IMG/VR virus record: IMGVR_UViG_3300033518_000064
Span: 1-31,186 of that record
Origin: a virus
Lineage: Duplodnaviria > Caudoviricetes
DNA: 31,186 nucleotides
Reading direction: 5' to 3' (one strand)
In this document: one piece after another, positions 16,126-25,158 of the stretch
Numbering within the stretch: the stretch's first letter is position 1
Layout: each line of letters begins with the position of its first letter
The notes under the pieces: generated by a model
Told to the model about the DNA's origin: nothing
Database searches by the model: none
The model's input: only the letters and a program-made list of their open reading frames with translations
Translations under genes and position numbers: made by a program

Positions 16126-17151
16126 CTATCCATAGTGCTTAGCAAGCACTGCGTTCATTGTGTCGTCCATCGTCCCGGGCTTAGCGCCCCTCGGTGGAGT
16201 TGACGAAGACTTCACATTCGGCAGTGTTTCAGCCTTCGAGGGAGCTGGCGCTGTGGAAGCTGCGAGTTTGGCGAGGTATTTCGCCTTGACCACAGGATTC
16301 CGCATAACCGCTAACTCGTAGGCTTCGGGGAGACTTTCGGCCTTCCCGTTTTGCATGAGCTGCAGGATGTCATCCGCAACCTCATTGACATACTCATTTT
16401 TGCTATCGCTGAAGAATGCGTCAACTTGAGATTCGGCAGACGCTGCAAGTTGCTTGTTCATGAACTCAGTGGTTCTGGCGATAGGGGCCAGGACGGGGGA
16501 GAGCATCTGCTGCAACCGGGCCATCTGAGCCGGGCTGAAGTCGTCCGCCACTACCGCGCCTGCAGCTGCCGCCTGAGCTGCCTCCTTTGCCGTGAGTTCA
16601 ACTCCGTAACCCCGTGCAAGCGCCATAGCGTGTTGTGCGCGTTCGGCGGGAGTTGCGCGCACCATAGCCAGATGATTGGTGGCCAGAGTCGAAAGAATCT
16701 CAGCAGGGTTAACATCGGGGTACTCAGCCAGGATGGATTGGAAAGGGGTCATGACCTTGTTCCAAGACTCGGAACCGGCACGGTAGCGGGAGATGCCTTC
16801 GGTGACTTGCTGCTCACGCTCATAGACGTACTTGCGAACGCCGGGAGAAGCTGTCTTCCACTCGGTTTCCATTTCTTTGCGCCAGGCTTTGGGCATGGCA
16901 GCGTACTGGTCCTGGGTCATGTTAGCCTCAGCCGCAGCGCCCTCGGCGGCGGCAGTCGGTGCGGGGGTGGAGGGAGCCGCGGATGACTCGGGGGTTCCGG
17001 AGGAGACGGCCGTATGTCCCTCATCAGAGTTAGCGGCTCCCTCCGAAGAGGACGCAGGGAACAAGTCCGCTGCAAAGGCTTGGGGGTCAATGCCCCCGGT
17101 GGATTCGAATTCTTCGGCGGGCTTGCGTAGAACAAAGCGTTTGATGTACAT
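16126..17151 (-). CDS. Capsid scaffolding protein
   Basis: Disordered Ala/Ser N-terminus, PKAWRKE...W...VRKYVYERE, LPEAYELA; immediately upstream of the capsid gene. Confidence 0.75.
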   Translation of the reverse strand: MYIKRFVLRKPAEEFESTGGIDPQAFAADLFPASSSEGAANSDEGHTAVSSGTPESSAAPSTPAPTAAAEGAAAEANMTQDQYAAMPKAWRKEMETEWKTASPGVRKYVYEREQQVTEGISRYRAGSESWNKVMTPFQSILAEYPDVNPAEILSTLATNHLAMVRATPAERAQHAMALARGYGVELTAKEAAQAAAAGAVVADDFSPAQMARLQQMLSPVLAPIARTTEFMNKQLAASAESQVDAFFSDSKNEYVNEVADDILQLMQNGKAESLPEAYELAVMRNPVVKAKYLAKLAASTAPAPSKAETLPNVKSSSTPPRGAKPGTMDDTMNAVLAKHYG

Positions 17152-17160
17152 GAAAATCTC

Positions 17161-17517
17161 CTAGATTAAACCGGAAGCGTGCATTTCGCTTACCGTCCGG
17201 TCAACGGTAGCGTCGAAAGTCTTGGCAATCTTCTCTTTTGCGTCAGCAGCGTTCTGCGCGATGTGCTCCTTCAGTCCGGGCTCATTGGGGATGCAGCCCT
17301 CGCGGAGAAGGTCCTCTTTACGCTGTGCCCGCGAGTTGATCCACTTGCCCGAGGCCGGAGAAATGTATGCGGGGATATCGACTTGGACAGCGGGGGCCGT
17401 AATGACTCGGCGCATCGGAGTGTCACAGTGCGCGGGAAAGTCATCTCGGTCAGCGATTTTACGATAATGGGGCACTTTATTCGCGCATACAATGCACTGA
17501 TAATCGTAGAAGGGCAC
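17161..17517 (-). CDS. FmdB-family zinc-ribbon protein
   Basis: MPFYDYQCIVC...HCDTPMRRVITAP; GTG start after GGAGG. Confidence 0.75.
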   Translation of the reverse strand: MPFYDYQCIVCANKVPHYRKIADRDDFPAHCDTPMRRVITAPAVQVDIPAYISPASGKWINSRAQRKEDLLREGCIPNEPGLKEHIAQNAADAKEKIAKTFDATVDRTVSEMHASGLI

Positions 17518-17541
17518 AACAATCCTCCGGAAATAAATAAG

Positions 17542-18807
17542 CTAAGTCGTAGCGATGGTCAGAGTGAACTCAGTCACCCCAGGGTCAACCGTCACAGTGC
17601 TGCCGCTGATGGTCACGCTTCCAGTGCCGCCAGTGACTGCAAAGTCACCGGGAACAATGGTGTTGTCATAATCAGTCCCGCCCGTTGCTGTGCCGTCAGT
17701 CAGTGCTAGCGTGTAAGTGCGGGACTGACCAGACAGGCCGGGGCTGTAGGTGATAACGACTGGAGAGCCCGCCGTGGCAGTCAAGGACGTTGTGCCTGTG
17801 ATCGTGGGGGCTGCGTCATCGTCTGTGATCGTGCCGCTTGATGCTGTGACGCCACCAACGACCAGCCGGATGATTTCGCTTGCACCCTCGTCAATCGTGT
17901 CTGTCGTGGTCGGAACCGTCACCGTGAACGCTGTCACCGTCGAATCGACAATGATGTTGCTGCCCGATACCGCGACAGAGCCACTACCGCCTGTGACCGC
18001 GCACATGCCAGTCGTCAGTGTGTCGGTGTAGTCTGCTGCGGTTGCTGTGCCTGACCAAGAGTAGGCGAATGTGCCGCCACCTGTTCCAGACATGTTGGTG
18101 GTGAATACTACTGGTGAGCCTTCTGTGGCTGTGGTGCCTGTGATCGTGGAGACTGTTGCGCCGGATGCGCCTGCTTTAAATGCAATCAGCAGTGCGACTT
18201 GGCTGGATGCGTCGTAGTCAGGCCATGTGAGTGACTGAACACCTGCTGCGCCGACTTCTTTCCATGCAGAGGCAACGGTTCTGGCAAATCCAGAGTGTGA
18301 AACCCCGTTGATAGCTGCCAAGGTTGCATAACCTGTTGGCGGTACTGTCAGCGCAAGGGATTGTTGACCACCAAATGCAGAAACAACCAGATCGGCTGCT
18401 GCTGTGGTTGTACCAGCCACAACAAACGGAGCGTTCGATGTCTGTGTGCCAATCGTGAAAACGTCCTCGATCCCGCTAGTCAGTCCACCCGAGAACTCAG
18501 CGATGTTGATGGAGGTGTCTTTTTGTCCTGCCTCAGTTACGGTGACTTGGAAACCTGCTCCGGTATTCACTACATACGCCCAAGCGATATAAACGCTGTA
18601 GCCTTGTGCATTGGACGATTGCCGAACTGTGTAGCTGTTGCTTTTGTTATCGATTACGGAATAAGTCGTGGGCTGACTACCGCCACCACCAGTGACAACA
18701 ATCAGGTTTCCTACAACTGGGTTGCTTGAAAAGGTTGCGCTAATAGAGCCGTCATAAAAGACGGTTTCAACGACTGATGCAGGATTTTGTACTAGGGTGA
18801 AAGCCAT
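17542..18807 (-). CDS. Putative virion surface protein with two tandem Calx-beta/Ig-like domains
   Basis: Repeated ATEGSPVVF / ATAGSPVVI, GTATAADY / GTATGGTDY and AVTGGSGSV / AVTGGTGSV blocks; acidic DTIDE and TITDDD. Confidence 0.65.
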   Translation of the reverse strand: MAFTLVQNPASVVETVFYDGSISATFSSNPVVGNLIVVTGGGGSQPTTYSVIDNKSNSYTVRQSSNAQGYSVYIAWAYVVNTGAGFQVTVTEAGQKDTSINIAEFSGGLTSGIEDVFTIGTQTSNAPFVVAGTTTAAADLVVSAFGGQQSLALTVPPTGYATLAAINGVSHSGFARTVASAWKEVGAAGVQSLTWPDYDASSQVALLIAFKAGASGATVSTITGTTATEGSPVVFTTNMSGTGGGTFAYSWSGTATAADYTDTLTTGMCAVTGGSGSVAVSGSNIIVDSTVTAFTVTVPTTTDTIDEGASEIIRLVVGGVTASSGTITDDDAAPTITGTTSLTATAGSPVVITYSPGLSGQSRTYTLALTDGTATGGTDYDNTIVPGDFAVTGGTGSVTISGSTVTVDPGVTEFTLTIATT

Positions 18808-18812
18808 ATCAT

Positions 18813-20834
18813 TTACGGATTAACCGCCCCCATGTCGTAAGTTGGAATCCGCGCAGCGCCAAAGAAGTCGTCAAACACCGGAACATAAGCGCCGCCATTT
18901 ATTCCGTAACTGCTGGTTGGCTTCCATGTGGTGAATGTTGTTGTTGGCGGTATGGTGAAGCCCGGCACTGTGCTTTTGATCTGCGAGTCGGTCGAGTTGG
19001 ATGTAGTAGTCCACGATGAACCAACAGAGCCGCCGATAAACAAGGGCAAATCAGATAGCGTGTAATCGTTGTTGGTAGCGTTTGGCGCATATACAAGGTT
19101 GTTAGTTGCAACAACGCCAGTGGGCGCTGACACGTTTGCCGACGGGTCAAGATAAAGAATGATTGCCTCAAAGTAGGCATGAACACCACTAGGCTGATAG
19201 ATGGAGTTGTTGTAAATGTATGTACTTGCTGGAGGCGGGGTGCTGACTTCGCTTCGCGCCCGCACATCTATCACTCCGGCCTGGTACGTCCCATTGAAAG
19301 ATGCAACCATCAAGTTATTGCGGATAGTTGCCCGCTCTGATGCCTCCGTGCAAACCAGCGTCGTAGTATTTCCGCGCACACAGTTACGCTCAAAGATCAC
19401 ATCACGTGTCTGCTCGGCTGCGCCTTGGTTTTGAGCGCCAAAGTGCGCCGCCCAAGATGGTCCAGTCGTAGCGCCAACATCCATATCATTATCAGAAACT
19501 ACCACCTTCTCGCACCAAACGCCTGACCATGTTTCGATGTGGCCAGAATCTTGATTGGATCTGCCGCGCAATGTAATCAAGTGCTTTGCGTCGGCAGGCT
19601 TATAAAGCGTGTTATTACTGATGACGATCTTTGTGCAGCCTTGGAATCGGATGTTGTGCTCTATGCCAGAAACGTCATAAATACGATTACCAAGAGCAAC
19701 AACACGCGATCCAAGCTGGCTATAGAAGCCAACAAATCCACTGCCTCCAACAAGTTCATGCAAATTGCAATCAACCATAAACACACCGTCGCCCGATGGC
19801 TCCATGCCGCCTGTGTTTGAAGCACTCAAGCGCAGCATCAGAATATTTGAACCCGCAGAAAACTGAGTGGTAACGCCTTTTTCCCTGAAGCCACCAGAGC
19901 CTTGAAAATCCAAGTCCATGTATGACCAGTCACCAACCCCTGTCAGCGTCATAAATGCCGGATTGTTGGATGTGAACCGGATCACAGGATTTGCACCCGA
20001 CCCGAAAGCGCCAATAATTCCACTGCTCTTTCGCACATAGTCAGCAGAAGGAACATCAAACGTATCGCCACGCTTGAATAGAAGGCGTTTTGTTGCAGTG
20101 CCAGAACCACTGTTTATTCCGGCTTGAGTCATGGCTGCTGACACTGTGGTTATTCCACCGACGCAGGTTGCGCCCGTAGGTACGCCATTTACACCAGGGA
20201 CAGGGGCTGCACCATTGGCTACACACACCGTAGCAGTGCCGCTAAATGTCGTGTCAGCCGCCGCCACAGTGATGGTTATGCTGGTGGTCGTGCCATAGCT
20301 TAGAGAGCCGCCGCTAGACACTGTGACAGGCGTCACCTTTGCCGTGTAAGTTCCCGCAGTTTCGTACACGTGAGCAGCAACACCACCACGCGCACGGTTC
20401 TTGCTGTTGTCGCCTACGCCTGTGCCGTATGTCCACGCTGTCTCTGTATCTCCAAAGTTCCACAGATAGAGGATGTCGTGAAAGTTATCAACCCCGAGGC
20501 TGTTGGTCGTGGCTGTAGCGTCAAAGAATACGCCCATAGGTGCGACACCAGTGGTGCGCGATGCGATGCCAGTGGTCGCCGTTGTGATGCCGCCTGTGCC
20601 TGTAATGCTGTTGCCTGCCAATGCCTGAGACATGACTGTGGCAAGGTCGGACGAACCTCCACCGCCGCCGCCCGTAATAAACGCCTGAGTAGTCACACTT
20701 CCACTCGCATTCGACAGCGCAGTTAGGGTTACTGTGAAAGCTGGAGCGGCCGCGGCTCCCGCGCCGATCAGCGCACGCAAGAACGGTGACAAGCAGGGGG
20801 CCTTCAGAGGTGATCGTAAACTAGATTTAAACAT
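18813..20834 (-). CDS. PKD domain plus right-handed beta-helix protein (putative glycan-binding or depolymerase appendage)
   Basis: GVAPMGVFFDA...YLWNFGD...AAHVYETAGTYTAKVT (PKD), LLFKRGDTF, Asn-ladder strands (ISNNTL, IRNNL, IYNNSIY, TNNLVY), C-terminal DFFGAAR...DMGAV. Confidence 0.7.
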   Translation of the reverse strand: MFKSSLRSPLKAPCLSPFLRALIGAGAAAAPAFTVTLTALSNASGSVTTQAFITGGGGGGSSDLATVMSQALAGNSITGTGGITTATTGIASRTTGVAPMGVFFDATATTNSLGVDNFHDILYLWNFGDTETAWTYGTGVGDNSKNRARGGVAAHVYETAGTYTAKVTPVTVSSGGSLSYGTTTSITITVAAADTTFSGTATVCVANGAAPVPGVNGVPTGATCVGGITTVSAAMTQAGINSGSGTATKRLLFKRGDTFDVPSADYVRKSSGIIGAFGSGANPVIRFTSNNPAFMTLTGVGDWSYMDLDFQGSGGFREKGVTTQFSAGSNILMLRLSASNTGGMEPSGDGVFMVDCNLHELVGGSGFVGFYSQLGSRVVALGNRIYDVSGIEHNIRFQGCTKIVISNNTLYKPADAKHLITLRGRSNQDSGHIETWSGVWCEKVVVSDNDMDVGATTGPSWAAHFGAQNQGAAEQTRDVIFERNCVRGNTTTLVCTEASERATIRNNLMVASFNGTYQAGVIDVRARSEVSTPPPASTYIYNNSIYQPSGVHAYFEAIILYLDPSANVSAPTGVVATNNLVYAPNATNNDYTLSDLPLFIGGSVGSSWTTTSNSTDSQIKSTVPGFTIPPTTTFTTWKPTSSYGINGGAYVPVFDDFFGAARIPTYDMGAVNP

Positions 20835-20836
20835 GG

Positions 20837-20998
20837 TCAGTTGATATAAATACGGGTAATATCCGAGCCTACGGCCTTAGACAACGCGGTCAACGCCCCA
20901 GTAAACGATATAAGCGTCGAGATGCCCAATCTGCGCTGTCCGAAAGCACGGCGCATAAGGGCCTGTAGGGGATTACGAGCCGGACTTTCAACAATCAT
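20837..20998 (-). CDS. 53-aa protein paralogous to the N-terminus of the downstream beta-helix protein (not in the ORF track)
   Basis: Hand translation MIVESPARNPLQALMRRAFGQRRLGISTLISFTGALTALSKAVGSDITRIYIN; ATGA overlap with the upstream stop; ends 2 nt before the next ATG. Confidence 0.7.
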   Translation of the reverse strand: MIVESPARNPLQALMRRAFGQRRLGISTLISFTGALTALSKAVGSDITRIYIN

Positions 20999-21225
20999 TG
21001 GTCCGCCTGTACAAAAGCTACGCCAGTAGACTGAAATTTATAAACAGCCCCCGCTATCGGGTTAGAACAAATAAAGGCACCGGCCACAGGTGCTGTTAAA
21101 GGGGCAAAAGCCGCCCCTGCGTCATTTTTGCGAAGCAGCACAGCAGGCACCCCCGTGATCTGTACATTAAAATCCCCTACTGCGGGGGTAAACTCTGCAT
21201 TGAGAGATGCTGTAAGTGTAGTCAT
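20995..21225 (-). CDS. Small hypothetical protein, probably virion-associated
   Basis: 76 aa beta-rich; AAGGA RBS and ATGA overlap with the portal stop. Confidence 0.6.
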   Translation of the reverse strand: MTTLTASLNAEFTPAVGDFNVQITGVPAVLLRKNDAGAAFAPLTAPVAGAFICSNPIAGAVYKFQSTGVAFVQADQ

Positions 21226-23210
21226 GTCGATCCTTTCTTAGGCAAAGCCTGCGCAGTCTTGACAGCGAGAACTGCCGCCGATTTCTGAGTGTCCAAAGAT
21301 CTGGCCTGAAGAGCAAGCTCAGCTCGTTGTAAGTCAAGTTTACTTTGCTGCAGGTCAATATCAGCGGCCTGGGCCCGGAGTTTTTGCTGCGCATCCTCGA
21401 TCTGTTGCTGCATGCCCCGCAGTTGATCTTCAGCGGCCTGAGTCTGCGCTCTTAACGCATCAGCTTGCTGTTGAAGCATCTGCTGCTGCTGGGTAAACTG
21501 CGTACGTAAAGCCTCCTCCGCAAGTTTAACCTCAGTTTGCTTCTTGTCCAGTTCTTGTTGAGCCTTCTGCTGCTCCTCAGTGGGGCCTTTGGGCTGCTGT
21601 TTCATGCCCATAATGATGCCCTGCAGTTCATTGCCCATGCGGAAACGCTTGCAGACCTCGGCTAACAAGGCCTGAGCAGCGGCATAGCCCTCGGGACCCT
21701 GGGAAGCAAGGCCTTCAATGGCGGGCATGGACTGGCCCAGGGCGTTCATGAAGTCCGCGACCTCGGCCTTCTCCTCAGTGGCATCACCGTCAACGGTGGA
21801 GTTGGTTTCAATGTCGATGATGTAAGAGCGCAGGGCGTCATCGCGCAGGGGGCCGAGGATAGTGGCCCATGACTCGGGAGGGATCTGACCAGTGGTCTGC
21901 GTAGCAATGGCGGCTTCTTGGGAAGTGGGGAACTTCATGCCGGTGACTTGGGCCCAGACTTGCTCGTCTGTGTGAGTGGCGGCGAGTTCGATCAGGGCAC
22001 GGACCTGCCAGCGCACGAATGCGCTTACACGCTCGCGGGACTTCTTGATGCGCAGGGAGCCCCATTTGTCCTTGATCTGCTGTGCGGAGGCGGTCTCGGA
22101 TGCAGCACTGACGCCCCGGAGAATGTCGCCGATGCCGAGGATTTCGTAGATGGTAGACTTGATCTGCTCGCGGATCTGGTAGAGCTGCTGCAGGACGGTG
22201 ATGAGCTTTTCGACTGGAATGAGCCAGATGTGACGGTCGAGCCCGCCCTCACGAGCCATGCCGCCGGGATTGGAGGCTGGGATGAGCTTGTTCTCCATGT
22301 CGGTGGAGGAGAAGAGGTTCTCCATCTCCGGGAGGGTCCCGTCGAATATACCCTTGACTTGGATGGCTTCGGTGATCCGCTTGATGCGGCCAGTGACGCG
22401 GTTGAGTTCCTCGGCCTGCGCCTTGTAGAGTCCGTACATGCTGCGAGGCATGGTGGAGGCAGGCGTGGAGACGAGACGGAGGGGCTTGCCCGAGGCAAAG
22501 AAGACGGAGAGCTTCAAGACGTCGTCGGACTTTTGCAGGAGGATCTTCTCGATCTCGTTGCAGAGGAAATAGATCTTGCGGTCACGCTTGTTCCAGACTT
22601 CGTAGACTGGTAGTGTGGCGGGGCCTTTGTCCTTGGTCGTGGAGGACTCCTCGGGGAGTTCGACGCGAGCGACTTCCTCGGGGGTGAGCTGGAACTGGGT
22701 CTTGAGATCCTCGAGGGTCTTGTTGTGACGATAAGCGATCCATGGGACGTCCTCCCAGCGTTTGGCGTAACCCCAGATATACTCGTCGTGTTGGACGTAG
22801 TCGATGACTGGGAGGCCGTCAACCACGCGAGCACGGCACTGGCCTTGGCCCGGGAGCGCGGCGCACAGGACAGCGGCCTCAATTGCCTCGACGAACTCGG
22901 GGTAGCCGGACAGGTTGGTGTCCATGCAATACTCGGCCATACGCTCAGCGGCTTTGGCCACGTTATCTGCGCGGGTTTCGCCGAAGCGCCGACGGATGAT
23001 CGGCTTGGGGGCGGAGGAGAAGAGATTGGGGACAAGAATCTCGGTGTTGGAGTACAGGATGTTGAAGGGGGTGGCGTCAGCCTTTCCGCCCTCGTAGAGG
23101 TCGAAGGTGTTCTCCTCGCCCTTGAGCCACTTCTCGTGGATCACCTTCTCGCGATCCGTGACCATACCAAGCATCTTGCGATAGGGTGCCGCGGTGTCAG
23201 TCTCTACCAT
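21222..23210 (-). CDS. Portal protein with C-terminal coiled-coil barrel
   Basis: 662 aa directly after TerL; FNILYSNTEILVP, IYEILGIGDILRG, ETASAQQIK; Gln-rich C-terminal coiled coil as in the P22 portal. Confidence 0.85.
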   Translation of the reverse strand: MVETDTAAPYRKMLGMVTDREKVIHEKWLKGEENTFDLYEGGKADATPFNILYSNTEILVPNLFSSAPKPIIRRRFGETRADNVAKAAERMAEYCMDTNLSGYPEFVEAIEAAVLCAALPGQGQCRARVVDGLPVIDYVQHDEYIWGYAKRWEDVPWIAYRHNKTLEDLKTQFQLTPEEVARVELPEESSTTKDKGPATLPVYEVWNKRDRKIYFLCNEIEKILLQKSDDVLKLSVFFASGKPLRLVSTPASTMPRSMYGLYKAQAEELNRVTGRIKRITEAIQVKGIFDGTLPEMENLFSSTDMENKLIPASNPGGMAREGGLDRHIWLIPVEKLITVLQQLYQIREQIKSTIYEILGIGDILRGVSAASETASAQQIKDKWGSLRIKKSRERVSAFVRWQVRALIELAATHTDEQVWAQVTGMKFPTSQEAAIATQTTGQIPPESWATILGPLRDDALRSYIIDIETNSTVDGDATEEKAEVADFMNALGQSMPAIEGLASQGPEGYAAAQALLAEVCKRFRMGNELQGIIMGMKQQPKGPTEEQQKAQQELDKKQTEVKLAEEALRTQFTQQQQMLQQQADALRAQTQAAEDQLRGMQQQIEDAQQKLRAQAADIDLQQSKLDLQRAELALQARSLDTQKSAAVLAVKTAQALPKKGST

Positions 23211-24670
23211 AGTGTGCTTTCCTGTATGCGACGCTTGCGATTCTGCGCCACGAGTTCGTTAAAAGTCATCTGACTTGGGGCCTTCGGGTAGATGATCCCA
23301 GGGGCCTTGATAGGCTCCATCGTGGCAATGGGGCGAGAGTTGCAAGCATAGCGCGTCTCGTCCACAATGTGATCCTCACCCTCAGTGTCCAAGTCCTCCG
23401 GTTTATTCTCGTCGTGCTGAACTGACGATATACAGCGGATAGTGTGTTCACAGGCGTCCGAGAAGTAAAGCATCGGGGGATTGGCCTGGAAGCGAGCGTG
23501 CATCTGGTTCCAGCCGGGGATGCGCTTGTTGTCTGCGCGGGACCACTGGCAGCCACCCGCGAGCATGTTTTCAGCGATGGAAGGACCCCCGTCCTCGGCG
23601 AAGATGGAAGGGTCGGCAAGGCCGTAGGAGACGTTCCAGCCCCGCTTGAGGTCCTCGACGTCACGCTCACGGATGGCCTTGCCTACAGCGAGGGCGGACA
23701 TTTTGAGGCCGACGTTGGGGGTGCCGTTCCAGCCGTAGAACTCTTTGTACTTGAGGAGGGCGCCCTCGGGGAAGCCCCCGAACTTGCCGTCTGCGACAGC
23801 GTACCAGCCCACGGCGAAGGGCTTAGCGGAGCCCCAGTCGAATGCCCGGAAGCGGGTCCAGTGGTTGGGGAGTTCGATGCTGGAGGAGTAGACGTGGCGG
23901 TCTGGGGCGAAATCGTCGAAGTAAGCACCCTGGATCATGTCCCAGTCACCATCGAGCCAGGCTTTGACCAGCGCTTGGGAGCCGGTTTGCTTGAGCTGGA
24001 TGATGTAAGTGGGTTGGGTGTCGAGCAAGCGAGGATTGTCCCGGATGCGGGAGGGGATGAATACGCGGCCCAGGGACACGGAGACGATCTCGCCACTGGA
24101 GAGTTCTACGTCGTCCCGCTCCTCGATTACCTGGAATCCCCGAGGATTAGGGTCAATGTAGCGTGCTTTTACCCAGTTATGCCCGGGGCCGCCGGGATTC
24201 CCAGTAAGGCGCATACCAACAGGTACCCCAGCAGAACCGCGAAGTGTAGCCCTAAGCTTATTAATAGGGCCAGCAGCAGGGAAATTGGTAACTTCCTCGA
24301 TATAGACTCGAGTATAGTTGTGACCTTGATAGTTTTCAGCATCAGAATCACGTTCAAGGTACACGAAACGGAGTCGCGAGCCTGATTGCATAAGCCATTC
24401 AGATTTAGTTTCATTGTACTTGGCTCCGAGTTTGAGAAAAAGTTGCTTAGTCCGAGCGATAACCTCGGAAAGTTGAGTGCGGTTGCGCCGGACGAAGATG
24501 CCGACTGCGTGCTCGCCATAAAGGGAGGAGTGCTGGAGCCAGTCTCCGATCATTCCGTCAGTCTTGCCGCCGCCCCGGGCTCCCCCGTAGAAGACCTCGA
24601 AAACCGGGCACTGCAAGAGGGCGGTCTGGGGGCCAGCTTGGGGCGACCATACGATTTGTTGCTCAGACAT
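23204..24670 (-). CDS. terL: Terminase large subunit
   Basis: PQAGPQ, Walker A GGARGGGKT, Walker B VYIEE, TGNPGG.GH.WVK, nuclease AFDWGSAKP and EDHIVDETRY. Confidence 0.95.
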   Translation of the reverse strand: MSEQQIVWSPQAGPQTALLQCPVFEVFYGGARGGGKTDGMIGDWLQHSSLYGEHAVGIFVRRNRTQLSEVIARTKQLFLKLGAKYNETKSEWLMQSGSRLRFVYLERDSDAENYQGHNYTRVYIEEVTNFPAAGPINKLRATLRGSAGVPVGMRLTGNPGGPGHNWVKARYIDPNPRGFQVIEERDDVELSSGEIVSVSLGRVFIPSRIRDNPRLLDTQPTYIIQLKQTGSQALVKAWLDGDWDMIQGAYFDDFAPDRHVYSSSIELPNHWTRFRAFDWGSAKPFAVGWYAVADGKFGGFPEGALLKYKEFYGWNGTPNVGLKMSALAVGKAIRERDVEDLKRGWNVSYGLADPSIFAEDGGPSIAENMLAGGCQWSRADNKRIPGWNQMHARFQANPPMLYFSDACEHTIRCISSVQHDENKPEDLDTEGEDHIVDETRYACNSRPIATMEPIKAPGIIYPKAPSQMTFNELVAQNRKRRIQESTLW

Positions 24671-24983
24671 TGGGAACCTCGTGAGGGTGCTTGTAGGCCA
24701 GCGCGTGGTTCAAAACGAGTTCTGGGGTGAAACGCGTAGCTTCAATATAAGGACGCAGTTCTGCCCGGGGCATTGTCTGCAAAAAACGCTCCATTCGATG
24801 TGCTATCTCAGCGTTCTCAAAACGATAAAGGGTCAAGAAGTCCCAGGTGGCGCGGTCTCCGACATCAGTCGACTTAGTGTGGCCAGCTCGATGCGAGGTT
24901 AACCGATTGACGGGATCTCCTGACATGCCAATATAAAGAGCCTCAGAGGCACTCTCAATAACATACGTAAAGGTTACTGACAT
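24663..24983 (-). CDS. GIY-YIG nuclease
   Basis: FTYVIES...LYIGMSGD...RLTSH...AHRMERFLQ. Confidence 0.8.
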   Translation of the reverse strand: MSVTFTYVIESASEALYIGMSGDPVNRLTSHRAGHTKSTDVGDRATWDFLTLYRFENAEIAHRMERFLQTMPRAELRPYIEATRFTPELVLNHALAYKHPHEVPNV

Positions 24984-25158
24984 GGCTGTGCTTCATGAGT
25001 GATGCTTCTGACGACGGCGTCCCGCCGCCTATTTGGAGAATACAGAGGGTCCTCCAATCGGAAGGTTGGCTGAAGAAGTGAAGGTCCTCGACGCATAGAA
25101 TATTGTTTATCAGTGAAAGAATTGTGGTGAAAGTGAGACCTCGCGCCCCGGAAAGGTC

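Noticed and set aside
17470-17497. Sixth dyad-like site GGGCACT-N14-AATGCAC
   Set aside because: Two mismatches in one half-site and inside a CDS; not counted.
24974-25096. 40-aa minus-strand ORF between the 806-aa gene and GIY-YIG
   Set aside because: No RBS and no recognisable features.
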